A DNA stretch of 64,000 bases from Acidobacteriota bacterium (GTDB taxonomy: Bacteria > Acidobacteriota > Thermoanaerobaculia > Gp7-AA8), in contig JAFATB010000006.1 of NCBI GenBank assembly GCA_019244185.1, positions 544,001 to 608,000 of the forward strand, in the 5' to 3' direction. The stretch's first letter is position 1. Each line of letters begins with the position of its first letter. Shown here in pieces: positions 51,191 to 60,441 of the stretch. The notes under the pieces were generated by a model. It did not search any database and was not told the origin of the DNA. It worked only from the letters and a program-made list of their open reading frames with translations. The position numbers were made by a program, and so were the translations under genes.

Positions 51191-51508
51191 TTACAGTTTG
51201 ATGCTGTCGATGCGGACTTCGACGACGTCCTGACGGTGGCCGTGGGTCCGCTTCGTGTGGTTCTTGCGGCGCTTCTTCTTGAAGACGATGATCTTGCTGC
51301 CGCGGGTCTCGCGGATCACGGTGGCAAGCACGGACGCGCCCGAGACGGTGGGGCTGCCGACCTTCGGCTGATCGCCACCGACCATCAACACTTCACTGAA
51401 CGTGACCTTGTCCTGATCGGCAGAGCCGAGAACATCACGCTCGACCTGAAGGCGGTCGCCTTCGGCAACGCGATACTGCTTCCCACCGGAACGAATGATG
51501 GCGTACAC
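51191..51508 (-). CDS. rplU: 50S ribosomal protein L21
   Basis: [28 protein letters not shown]; GGAGGA RBS before GTG 51508. Confidence 0.97.
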   Translation of the reverse strand: MYAIIRSGGKQYRVAEGDRLQVERDVLGSADQDKVTFSEVLMVGGDQPKVGSPTVSGASVLATVIRETRGSKIIVFKKKRRKNHTKRTHGHRQDVVEVRIDSIKL

Positions 51509-51624
51509 AACGTCCTCCACGAAAAGTGCTGCTGCGTGTAACACACGTCGACCGGGCCGGTCAACGCGCGCGGATCGTCTTCAACTCACTGAGGTGGAAC
51601 GGAATTCCCCTCCGTTCCGCGTCC

Positions 51625-51655
51625 AAAAAGAAAGGCGGCCGAAGCCGCCTTTCTT
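51625..51655 (-). terminator. Intrinsic terminator after the TonB receptor
   Basis: Minus strand AAGAAAGGCGGC-TTCG-GCCGCCTTTCTTTTT. Confidence 0.88.
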
Positions 51656-51676
51656 CCCACAGATGAGGGTTGGAGA

Positions 51677-54598
51677 CTAGAAGCGGAACCGAACGCCGAG
51701 CTGCGCGAGGCGCTGTTCGCCCTGCAGCGGATCGCCGGCGAAGATCGTCGGCTGGCCGAAGTTCGGATTCGGGGTAATGGTGCCGCCGGCGTTCACGAAC
51801 GCCGAGCCGTCGGGACGGGTCGGGTTGCGCGAGTTGAAGAGGTTGAAGATCTCGCCGATCAGCTCCACGCCGTACGAGCCGCCGAAGGTGAACTCCTTCG
51901 ACAGGCGCAGGTCGAACTGCGAGAACGAGTCGCCGCGCTCGGTGTTGACGTGCGCGACGCCCGGCGCGAGCTCGTTGTTGTACCCGTCGCCGTTGAGGTC
52001 GTTGCCGGCCACATAGAACGCGGTGAACGGGATGCCCGAGCGATAGCGGAAGATGCCGGAGACGTTGAGGCCGAGCGGCGCGCGGTAGGTGGTGCTGAGG
52101 GTCACGCGATGGCGCGCGTCGGTGTACAGCGGTCCGAAGTTCTGCGAGGAGCCGAGATCGTAGATGTTGATGAGGGCGTTGGTCTGCGCGCCGGTCTGCA
52201 GCGTGCCGTCCCAGAGGCGGAACTCGTCGGCGCCGGTGAGGACGTCGCCGTTCGCCTTCGAGAGCGTGTAGAAGCCCTGCGCCTCGAACTTGTTGCCGCG
52301 CGCGTGGAAGCCGAGGTTGAAGCCCTTGTAGGTCGCGGAACCGTCATCGGTCCAGACGCGGACGCTGGCCGCGGCCGTCGGCAGGATGCGGACGCCGTTG
52401 ACCTTCGGGTTGGCGCGGAAGCGGTACGGGATGTTCGAGTAGTCGATGTGCACGGCGTCGAACGTGAGGCCGAGCCAGTTGGTGGCCTGCCAGGAGTAGC
52501 CGAGCGAGATCTGCTCGGACTCCGGCGTGTCCCACGAGCCGCGCGCGATTTCCGTCGCGGTGTTCGCCTCGCCGCCCTGGTTGGGCGGGAGCGGATCGAT
52601 GCCGGGGCGGAAGAACGAGCCGTTCGCGTTCCGGATGCCGTTCGGATCTTCGTTGAAGTAGACGACGCCGTAGTTCGACTGCACCGACGACGCCGGGAAG
52701 AGGATCGTGGCGTTCGTGTACGGGAAGTCGTAGTAGATGCCGTAGCCGCCGCGGAGGATGTGGCGCGAGTCGCCCTTGAGGTCGTAGGTGAAGCCGAGGC
52801 GCGGGGCGAAGTTGTTCTTGTCGTCCTTCAGCTTGTCGGCGTCGCCGTTCGCGAACGACTGGAGCCAGTCGATCTGCGGGTTCGCGGCCGCCGCGGCCTT
52901 GTAGAGCGGCAGCAGCGAGTTGCTGCGCTGGTCGAGATCGAAGCCGCTCCAGAGGTCGTAACGCACGCCGAGGTTGAGCGTGAAGCGGTTGTTCACCGCC
53001 CAGTCGTCCTGCAGGTAGACGTTGTACTGATCGACGGGCGTCTTGTCGCCGAAGAAGCCGCCGAAGACGGTGATGCTGCCGACCGGCGAGTCGGGACGAT
53101 CCTCCAGCAACTGGTACTGGCCGGACGTACCGGTGGTGAAGTCGCCGCCGAGAATCGGCTCGTGAATCCAGTTCACGCCGGTCTTGAAGTCGTGGCGGCC
53201 GCCGCCGATGCTCGAAGACCAGGAGAAGTCATCCTTGAACTGCGACTTTTCCTGCGTGGTCGTCTGCGGCGTGTTGAAGTTCTGGCCGCTGGTGACGCCG
53301 GAGGGGAAGAGCAGGTTCGGATCGTCGGAGACCGGCAGGATCGAGTTCTCGAAGCGCGTCCACTGGTAGACGAACTCGTTGAGCTTGTTGTTGCCGATGG
53401 TCCAGGAGTGGCTGCCGAGGATCGACTTGTAATTGTTCGCGATCGTGCCCTGGTTGCTGGGCATGTAGTTCGGTGCGGCGCCGTAGATGTCGGTGTTTTT
53501 CTGGTAGCCGTAGCGAACCTGAATGAGCTGCTTGGCGGTGGCGTTCCACGTCGCCTTCGCGGTTCCGAGCTCGTCGCGGAACGGCAGGCCGACGGACTGT
53601 CCCTGGAACTCGGGGAAGATCGGGCCGAGTCCGCCCGGGCCGTCCGGATCGCTGTCGATGGAGACGGTGGTGTCGCGGTCGGTCTTCTCGTAGGTGGCGA
53701 AGAAGTGCGCGTAGTCCTTGACGATCGGGCCGCCGAGCGACGCGCCGTACTGCTTGCGCTTGTAGTCGCCCTTCGGCAGGTCGTTGTCTTCTTCGCGCGG
53801 CGTCTTCTCGTTGAGGCTCTTGTCGCGGAAGAAGCCGTACGCGCTGCCGGAGAGATCGTTCGTGCCGGTCTTGGTGACGACGCTCAGGACGCCGCCGGAC
53901 GAACGGCCGTACTCGGCCTTGTACTGCATCGTCTGGATCTTGAATTCCTGCACCGCTTCGAGGTTGAAGTTCTGCAGCGCGCCGCCGATCGTGTCGTCGG
54001 TGTTGTCGCCGCCGTCGATGAGGAAGTTCACGTTGCGGCCGCTGCCGCCGTTGAGCGCGACCGTGAGCTGGCCCGGCTTGGTCGGGTCGGCGTTCACGGA
54101 GAGCTGCGTGCCCGGCGCGAGCGAGGCGAGGTTCGCGAACTGCCGGCCGTTGAGCGGCAGGTTCTCGAGTTCCTGCTGGCTGACGACCGTGCCCACCGCG
54201 GGCGTCGTCGCCACGAGAGGCGCTTCGGCCGTGACGGTGATCGCCTCGCTGACCGCCGCCTGCTTGAGCGTGACGTTGACCTCACGCGGCGTGGCGACGT
54301 TGAGCTGCACGTTCTCGGTCTTCACCGTGGCGAAGCCGCTCAGCTCCGCGGTGACGGTGTAGATGCCGACGGGCAGCGACGGGAAGCGATACGAGCCGTC
54401 GGACTCCGTGACGGTCGTGCGCGTGAGACCCGTCTGCGCGTTGCTCGCGGTGATCGTGACGCCCGGCACGGCGCCGCCGGACGAGTCGCTGACACGACCG
54501 GACAACTGAGAACCGGTCGACTGCGCCAGCAGCATGACAGGGACGAGTAGGGTCAGGGCCATGAAAATGGCGGCCCACCTGAAAGTGCGACTATTCAT
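51677..54598 (-). CDS. TonB-dependent receptor (Oar-like) with carboxypeptidase-regulatory-like domain
   Basis: Signal peptide, LPLNGRQF, IDGGDN, AEYGRSSGG, DKNNFAPRLGF, QLGVRFRF terminus. Confidence 0.94.
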   Translation of the reverse strand: MNSRTFRWAAIFMALTLLVPVMLLAQSTGSQLSGRVSDSSGGAVPGVTITASNAQTGLTRTTVTESDGSYRFPSLPVGIYTVTAELSGFATVKTENVQLNVATPREVNVTLKQAAVSEAITVTAEAPLVATTPAVGTVVSQQELENLPLNGRQFANLASLAPGTQLSVNADPTKPGQLTVALNGGSGRNVNFLIDGGDNTDDTIGGALQNFNLEAVQEFKIQTMQYKAEYGRSSGGVLSVVTKTGTNDLSGSAYGFFRDKSLNEKTPREEDNDLPKGDYKRKQYGASLGGPIVKDYAHFFATYEKTDRDTTVSIDSDPDGPGGLGPIFPEFQGQSVGLPFRDELGTAKATWNATAKQLIQVRYGYQKNTDIYGAAPNYMPSNQGTIANNYKSILGSHSWTIGNNKLNEFVYQWTRFENSILPVSDDPNLLFPSGVTSGQNFNTPQTTTQEKSQFKDDFSWSSSIGGGRHDFKTGVNWIHEPILGGDFTTGTSGQYQLLEDRPDSPVGSITVFGGFFGDKTPVDQYNVYLQDDWAVNNRFTLNLGVRYDLWSGFDLDQRSNSLLPLYKAAAAANPQIDWLQSFANGDADKLKDDKNNFAPRLGFTYDLKGDSRHILRGGYGIYYDFPYTNATILFPASSVQSNYGVVYFNEDPNGIRNANGSFFRPGIDPLPPNQGGEANTATEIARGSWDTPESEQISLGYSWQATNWLGLTFDAVHIDYSNIPYRFRANPKVNGVRILPTAAASVRVWTDDGSATYKGFNLGFHARGNKFEAQGFYTLSKANGDVLTGADEFRLWDGTLQTGAQTNALINIYDLGSSQNFGPLYTDARHRVTLSTTYRAPLGLNVSGIFRYRSGIPFTAFYVAGNDLNGDGYNNELAPGVAHVNTERGDSFSQFDLRLSKEFTFGGSYGVELIGEIFNLFNSRNPTRPDGSAFVNAGGTITPNPNFGQPTIFAGDPLQGEQRLAQLGVRFRF

Positions 54599-54760
54599 GC
54601 GTGACCTTCCTTGAATTGTGTTCCGTTTTGGAGAACTTCCGAGATCGTACTAGCAACGGCAGCGGCTTTACAACGACTTTCCGGCCTGTTTACGGCGGTT
54701 TTCGCGGTTCGTTTTTCCGGCGCGCCGATCCGGATTTGTGAATGCCGTCCGCGACGCGCG

Positions 54761-56932
54761 TCAGCGCGCGGACGTTTCGAGCCGCGCGAGCATGGCCGAC
54801 ACACCCTGCCGCTGCGCCGCGAACGCGGGCGCGTTCTTCGTCCGCGCGAGGAACGTGCGGTACTCCGCGACCGCGCCGCGCACGTCGCCGCTGAGCTGCA
54901 ACGCGACGGCGCGATTGAGCCGCGCCTCGTGGTAGTCGGGCGCGATGCGCAGCGCGCGATCGAAGCAGTGAATCGCGTCGGCGTAGCGGTTGCGGTCGAT
55001 GTCGAGCGCGCCGAGTCCGTTCAGCGGATCGGCGTACGCGGGCGCGAGCGCGATCGCTTTCTGAAACGCCGCCTCCGCGTCCGCATCGCGATGCATCGCC
55101 CGCGCGACGTTGCCGATGTTGTTGTACGCGCGCGCATTCCGCGGGTCGGCGGCGATGGCGCGCTGGAACTCGTCGAGCGCGCCGGCGGGATTGCGCACGC
55201 CGAGCTGCACGATGCCGAGCACGTTGTGCGCGTCGGCATGTTGCGGATCGCGGCGCAGCACTTCGCGCGCGGCGTCGGCCGCGTGCGCGAGATCGCCCGT
55301 CTCCTCGAGCGCGCTGGCGAGGTTGTACCAGCTCTGCGCGTCGTCGGGCGCGTACGCGACGGCGTCGCGATAGAGCTCGATCGCGCGCCGCTCGTGTCCG
55401 CGCTGGCGCTCGACTTTCGCCAATGCCCCTCGAAAAATCGGATTCGGCGGATCCTCGCCCACTAGCGGCTCGAGCATCGCCGCCGCGTCGTCGAAGCGTT
55501 TGTCGTTGATCGCCCAGCTCGCGGTTTCAAACTTGCGGAAGAGCGGCACCATCTGCTTCGGATCGGGACGCTGCGCATCGGGACGCGCGGCCGCGGTGCC
55601 GCCGACGTAGCCGAGGCTGGCCAGCTTCGCGAGCGTCTCCGCGTCGAGTCCTGACTTCGGCGGCGCGACCGCGTGCGCGCGCAGCGCGCGGAGGCTCGCG
55701 TCGAGCGCGCGCATCACGCGCCGCTGATCGTCGAGCACATTGTGCGTCTCGTGCGGATCGCGCGCGAGCTCGTACAGCTCCGGCGACGGCGCGGCGATGT
55801 ATTTGAAGGTGCCGCGCCGCATCGCCGCGAGCGGACTCCAGCCGTACAGCGCCGGATACTCCGTCTCCGAATACAAATCCGCGGCCGGCGGCTCTTTGTG
55901 ATCTTTCAATGCCGGCGACAGGTCGCGTCCGTCGAGCGTGCCGCCGAGGGCGACGCCGGCGAGTCCGGCGACGGTCGGCGCGAGGTCGGCGAGACTCACC
56001 GGCGTGGCGATGACGTTCTTCTCCACGCCGGGCGCGGAGATGACGAGCGGCACGCGCAGCGTCGGCTCGTAGAGCAGCATGCCGTGCGTCAGCTCGCCGT
56101 GCTCGCCGAGCGCCTCGCCGTGATCGCCGGTGATCACGACGATCGTGCGCTCGCGCTGTCCGAGCCGCGCGAGCGAGGTGAGAATGCGCTGCACCTGCGC
56201 GTCGACGAACGCGATCTCACCGTCGTACGGCGACGCCGCGAAGCGCGTGCGATACGGCTCCGGCGGCACGTACGGAAAATGCGCGTCGTACAGATGCACC
56301 CACGCGAAGAACGGCCGCGCGTCGCCCTGCCCGAGCCACGTCAGCGCGCGGTCGACGACGAGATCGCCGCGCCGCTCCGCCTCGAGTCGATCGCCGACGT
56401 TCGGATCGCGCGGGATCTCGTCGTCATAAACATCGAAGCCGCGATTCAATCCGAACTTGTGATCGAGCACGAACGCCGCGGTGAACGCGGCCGTGCGATA
56501 GCCGTTCGCGGAGAAGAGCGTGGCCAGCGTCGCGCGATCCGCCGGAAACGCCCCCTCGCCGTTGTTGCGCAACCCGTGATGCGGCGGCAGCACGCCCGAG
56601 AGAATCGTCGCGTGCGACGGCAACGTCAGCGGCACCGCGCTCACCGCGTGCTCGAAGCGCACGCCGCCCGCCGCCAGCGCATCGATCGAAGGCGTCGCGC
56701 CGCTACGGCTGCCGTACGCGCCGACGTGATCCGCGCGAAGGGTGTCGAGGGTGATGAGGAGGACGTTGGGGCGGGAGGGGGGCTCTTTGCGGGTGCAGGA
56801 GAGAGTCAGAGCAAGAAGAATCAAAAGCTGAATGCAGAACGCAGAACGCAGAATGAAGAATTGAGAAAAGAGACCGGGCTGCGCGTTCCTGTTTCTCAAT
56901 TCTGCGTTCTGCGTTCTGCGTTCTTCATTCAA
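54761..56932 (-). CDS. Sulfatase-like hydrolase with C-terminal TPR repeats (lipoprotein-like; start uncertain)
   Basis: LTLSC lipobox-like, NVLLITLDTLRADH, PLTLPSHATILSG, DAHFPY, GDHGE, LASLGY, TPR array. Confidence 0.88.
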   Translation of the reverse strand: MNEERRTQNAELRNRNAQPGLFSQFFILRSAFCIQLLILLALTLSCTRKEPPSRPNVLLITLDTLRADHVGAYGSRSGATPSIDALAAGGVRFEHAVSAVPLTLPSHATILSGVLPPHHGLRNNGEGAFPADRATLATLFSANGYRTAAFTAAFVLDHKFGLNRGFDVYDDEIPRDPNVGDRLEAERRGDLVVDRALTWLGQGDARPFFAWVHLYDAHFPYVPPEPYRTRFAASPYDGEIAFVDAQVQRILTSLARLGQRERTIVVITGDHGEALGEHGELTHGMLLYEPTLRVPLVISAPGVEKNVIATPVSLADLAPTVAGLAGVALGGTLDGRDLSPALKDHKEPPAADLYSETEYPALYGWSPLAAMRRGTFKYIAAPSPELYELARDPHETHNVLDDQRRVMRALDASLRALRAHAVAPPKSGLDAETLAKLASLGYVGGTAAARPDAQRPDPKQMVPLFRKFETASWAINDKRFDDAAAMLEPLVGEDPPNPIFRGALAKVERQRGHERRAIELYRDAVAYAPDDAQSWYNLASALEETGDLAHAADAAREVLRRDPQHADAHNVLGIVQLGVRNPAGALDEFQRAIAADPRNARAYNNIGNVARAMHRDADAEAAFQKAIALAPAYADPLNGLGALDIDRNRYADAIHCFDRALRIAPDYHEARLNRAVALQLSGDVRGAVAEYRTFLARTKNAPAFAAQRQGVSAMLARLETSAR
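56830..56930. repeat. Heptamer-based palindromic element, same family as 13624-13781
   Basis: GAATGCAGAACGCAGAACGCAGAATGAAGAATTGAGAAA ... TTTCTCAATTCTGCGTTCTGCGTTCTGCGTTCTTCATTC. Confidence 0.8.
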
Positions 56933-56953
56933 GGCGGCGCGACCGCGCCGCCG

Positions 56954-58483
56954 CTATAAAGGTATGTTCCCATGCTTCTTCGGCGGGTTCCGATCGCGCT
57001 TGTTGCGCAGCATGGCGAAGGCGGTGATGAGCTTGCGGCGGGTGAAGCGCGGCTCGATGATCTCGTCGATGTAGCCGCGCTCCGCCGCGATGTACGGGTT
57101 CGCGAACTTCTCCTTGAACTCCGCCACCTTCTCTTCGCGGTTGCCCGGCGCGTTGCGATAGAGGATGTTCACCGCGCCTTCCGCGCCCATCACCGCGATC
57201 TCCGCCGTCGGGTACGCGTAGTTCATGTCCGCGCGGATGTGCTTCGAGTTCATGACGCAGTACGCGCCGCCGTACGCCTTGCGCGTGATGACCGTGACTT
57301 TCGGCACCGTCGCCTCCGCGAGCGCGTAGAGCAGCTTCGCGCCATGAATGATGATGCCGCCGTACTCCTGCCCGACGCCCGGCAAAAATCCCGGCACGTC
57401 TTCGAGGACGAGCAGCGGGATGTTGAACGAGTCGCAGAAGCGCACGAAGCGCGCGCCCTTGCGCGAGGCATCGATGTCGAGGACGCCGGCGAGAAATGCG
57501 GGCTGGTTCGCGACGACGCCGACCGAGTAGCCGTTGAGGCGGATGAAGCCGACCACGAGATTGCGCGCGTAGTGCTGGTGCACCTCGAAGAAGTGCCCTT
57601 CGTCGGCGATGGTCTTGATCAGCTCGCGCATCTCGTACGGCTGGTTCGGACTCTCCGGGATGAACGCGTCGAGCTGCGCGTCGACGCGGTTCACGTCGTC
57701 GTTCGTCGCGACGCGCGGCGCCTCTTCCATGTTGTTCGACGGCACGTACGAGAGCAACTCGCGGATGAGCGCGAGGCAGTCTTCATCCGACTCCGCCGCG
57801 AAGTGCGCCACGCCGGAGACCTGGTTGTGCGTCTCCGCGCCGCCGAGCTTCTCCTTCGTCACTTCCTCGTGCGTCACCGTGCGGATGACGTCGGGTCCGG
57901 TGACGAACATGTAGCTCGTGTTCTTCACCATGAGGATGAAGTCGGTGATCGCGGGCGAATACACCGCACCGCCGGCGCACGGCCCCATGATCGCGGAGAT
58001 CTGCGGCACGACGCCCGATGCGAGCGTGTTGCGGAGGAAGATGTCCGCGTAGCCGCCGAGGGAGACCACGCCTTCCTGGATGCGCGCGCCGCCGGAGTCG
58101 TTGAGACCGATCACCGGCGCGCCGTTCTTCATCGCCAGATCCATGATCTTCACGATCTTCGCGGCGTGCGTCTCGGAGAGCGATCCGCCGAAGACGGTGA
58201 AGTCCTGCGCGAAGGCGTAGACCAGCCGCCCCTGCACGGTGCCGTAGCCCGTGACGACGCCGTCGCCGGCCACGCGCTGCTTGTCCATGCCGAAGTCCTG
58301 CGAGCGGTGGACGACGAGCTGGTCGAGCTCCTGGAACGAGCCGGGATCGAACAGCAGTGCGATGCGCTCGCGCGCGGTGAGCTTTCCTTCGCTGTGCTGG
58401 CGGTCGATGCGCTGCTGGCCGCCGCCCAATTCGCTCTCGCGGCGGCGCCGCTCGAGCTCTTCGACGTTTTGTTCGAATGCCAT
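56954..58483 (-). CDS. pccB: Acyl-CoA (propionyl-CoA) carboxylase carboxyltransferase beta subunit
   Basis: [65 protein letters not shown]. Confidence 0.94.
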   Translation of the reverse strand: MAFEQNVEELERRRRESELGGGQQRIDRQHSEGKLTARERIALLFDPGSFQELDQLVVHRSQDFGMDKQRVAGDGVVTGYGTVQGRLVYAFAQDFTVFGGSLSETHAAKIVKIMDLAMKNGAPVIGLNDSGGARIQEGVVSLGGYADIFLRNTLASGVVPQISAIMGPCAGGAVYSPAITDFILMVKNTSYMFVTGPDVIRTVTHEEVTKEKLGGAETHNQVSGVAHFAAESDEDCLALIRELLSYVPSNNMEEAPRVATNDDVNRVDAQLDAFIPESPNQPYEMRELIKTIADEGHFFEVHQHYARNLVVGFIRLNGYSVGVVANQPAFLAGVLDIDASRKGARFVRFCDSFNIPLLVLEDVPGFLPGVGQEYGGIIIHGAKLLYALAEATVPKVTVITRKAYGGAYCVMNSKHIRADMNYAYPTAEIAVMGAEGAVNILYRNAPGNREEKVAEFKEKFANPYIAAERGYIDEIIEPRFTRRKLITAFAMLRNKRDRNPPKKHGNIPL

Positions 58484-58734
58484 CAGAGGATGAAGTTCCG
58501 TTGCGCCGCAATCCGGCGCATCTCGTTCTCGACATCCGCCTCGGATGCCTTGTCGCCGAGGCGTTGCCGCGCTTCGTGTTCGATCAGCTCCGCGGCGGCG
58601 AAATTGTCGCCGAGCGCTTTGGCCACCACGCTGATCCCCGTCTCCGCGTCGCGGAACTCGACCAGCCCGCGATCCTCGAGGCGGTTCACGATGGCCCGCG
58701 CGAGGAACTCGATGCGTTTGGCGGTGGCGCTCAC
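58483..58734 (-). CDS. Small hypothetical protein (DUF507-like)
   Basis: 83-aa helical ORF translationally coupled to pccB; [11 protein letters not shown] terminus. Confidence 0.6.
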   Translation of the reverse strand: MSATAKRIEFLARAIVNRLEDRGLVEFRDAETGISVVAKALGDNFAAAELIEHEARQRLGDKASEADVENEMRRIAAQRNFIL

Positions 58735-58744
58735 GACGCGGGCA

Positions 58745-59569
58745 TTAAAGCATCATCTCCGCGCCGAAGGAACCGGCGCCGTACGGATACCACGCGGCGG
58801 GCGGCGCGACCGCGTCGATCCGCACGAGACGCACCGTCGCCGGGTAGACGCGCGCGGCGTCTTCGACGAGCACGTGCAGCGTGAGACCGTCGATCGGCGC
58901 GAGCAGCGCGATCGCGCGCGGACGCGTTTCGTCGATGTCCGCGACGGCGCAGCGAAGCTGCAGGTTCAGCGGCACGCGGACCGGACGCATGCGATACGTC
59001 GGACGATAGACGTTCGGATACGGCGGCGCGGCGATGCGTTGCTCGAGGATCGCTTCCCCGTTGCCGTCAATGCCGCCGCCCGTCTGCCACAGCTCGACGT
59101 TCGGCGGCGCGAGGCCGGCGAGCGACGGCAGCAGCGCGGCGGTGACGTTCGGCGCGAGCCGCAGCCGCGCGGGAGCCTCGCGACTGCTCGTCGTGCAGCG
59201 CGCGAGCGCGTCCGCGATCGGCGCGATCTCGCTCGTGTCAAAGGTTGCGAGATCGACGAGCGCCCGCAACCCGCGATGCGCGAGCGCGACATGCACGCGC
59301 CACGTTTCGTCGGACCACATCCGGCCGTCGCATTCGTGCTCCGCGATTCCGGCGCTGACGATGAGGCGCTCGACGGCGACCTCGCGCGCGAGCGTTTCGA
59401 TCTGCCGCGCGACGGCGACGACGTCGGCGTCCGGCCACGGCAGCGCGTCGCGCGCTTCCGGCTCGCAGGAGAAGAGGTCGTGCTCCTCGGTCACGATGCC
59501 CGCTTCGGACACGCTTACGAGCACGCCGTTCTCCCACCGCACGCTGCTGCCGCGTTTGCGGTAGATCAT
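58745..59569 (-). CDS. Hypothetical protein, possible shortened TldE/PmbA-like partner
   Basis: Coupled to the TldD-like gene; LRLAPNVTAALL, DGNG, RPTYRMRP resemble Tld C-domain features; no HExxH. Confidence 0.55.
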   Translation of the reverse strand: MIYRKRGSSVRWENGVLVSVSEAGIVTEEHDLFSCEPEARDALPWPDADVVAVARQIETLAREVAVERLIVSAGIAEHECDGRMWSDETWRVHVALAHRGLRALVDLATFDTSEIAPIADALARCTTSSREAPARLRLAPNVTAALLPSLAGLAPPNVELWQTGGGIDGNGEAILEQRIAAPPYPNVYRPTYRMRPVRVPLNLQLRCAVADIDETRPRAIALLAPIDGLTLHVLVEDAARVYPATVRLVRIDAVAPPAAWYPYGAGSFGAEMML

Positions 59570-60441
59570 GCGAACACCGTCAACATGATCGGCGCGTGCG
59601 AGCCGACGACGAGCTCCTGCCCTTCGCGCGAGCAGATCACGCCCGGATAGCGCAGCGGCGCGCCGGTCGCGCCGCGGAGCGCGCGCGCGACGTCCTCGCG
59701 CGTGCGTTCGATCGTGAACGGCGCGAGCGGCGTCACTTCATCGGCACGTACATGTCGCGCGGCGGCGATGCGCACAGTCACCGTCTGCGTCAGCGGCTCG
59801 TACGCGCCGCCGTCGACGAGCAGCACTTCGATGCGCTCCTCCGGCCACGCGAACGGCGCACCTTCCTGACGCGCGACGAGGTTCGTCATGCGCGGCAGCG
59901 GCACGTCGCGGAACGTCGCGCGGCGCAGACGCGGCGGCGGCGCGCCGTGCAGCAGATCCGCGCCCTCGTCGTCGACGCGCAGCCACGACGGCCACGCGAC
60001 CGGCGCGTGTCCGTGCTCGGCGGCGTGTCCAACCGCCTCGTGCAGCAGCACGCTCGCGGAGCCGTGCAGCCAGATCAGCGGCAGCCGCGCGTCCGCGACT
60101 TCGCCGCGATCGAACGACGCCTCGCGCAACAGCGCCAGATCGTGCGCGACATGCTCCGGCGTCGTCACGATCGACCGCGCCCCGAGGCGAACGGTCATGG
60201 TCGATGTCACCCCTTCTTCCGTCGCCTCCGCGACGAGGCGCACGCGCGCATCCTCCACGACATGCGCGCGCAGACGCTCCATCGCCGCGTCGCAGGCCGC
60301 GACGAGCGCGTCGTCGCGCGCATCGCTGGCGACGATTCCGCGCTCGTCTTCGACGGCGATCCCGTGCGCGAGGCGGCGTTCGAGCAGGCGGCCGTGCGAC
60401 CAGAGCTCGTCGCGCGTGGCGATGGCGAAGCGCGCGGTCAA
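59566..60441 (-). CDS. Shortened TldD-like metalloprotease
   Basis: VLLHEAVGHAAE, PLPRMTNL, GVICSREGQELVVG...P; TTG start overlaps the kinase stop. Confidence 0.72.
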   Translation of the reverse strand: MTARFAIATRDELWSHGRLLERRLAHGIAVEDERGIVASDARDDALVAACDAAMERLRAHVVEDARVRLVAEATEEGVTSTMTVRLGARSIVTTPEHVAHDLALLREASFDRGEVADARLPLIWLHGSASVLLHEAVGHAAEHGHAPVAWPSWLRVDDEGADLLHGAPPPRLRRATFRDVPLPRMTNLVARQEGAPFAWPEERIEVLLVDGGAYEPLTQTVTVRIAAARHVRADEVTPLAPFTIERTREDVARALRGATGAPLRYPGVICSREGQELVVGSHAPIMLTVFA

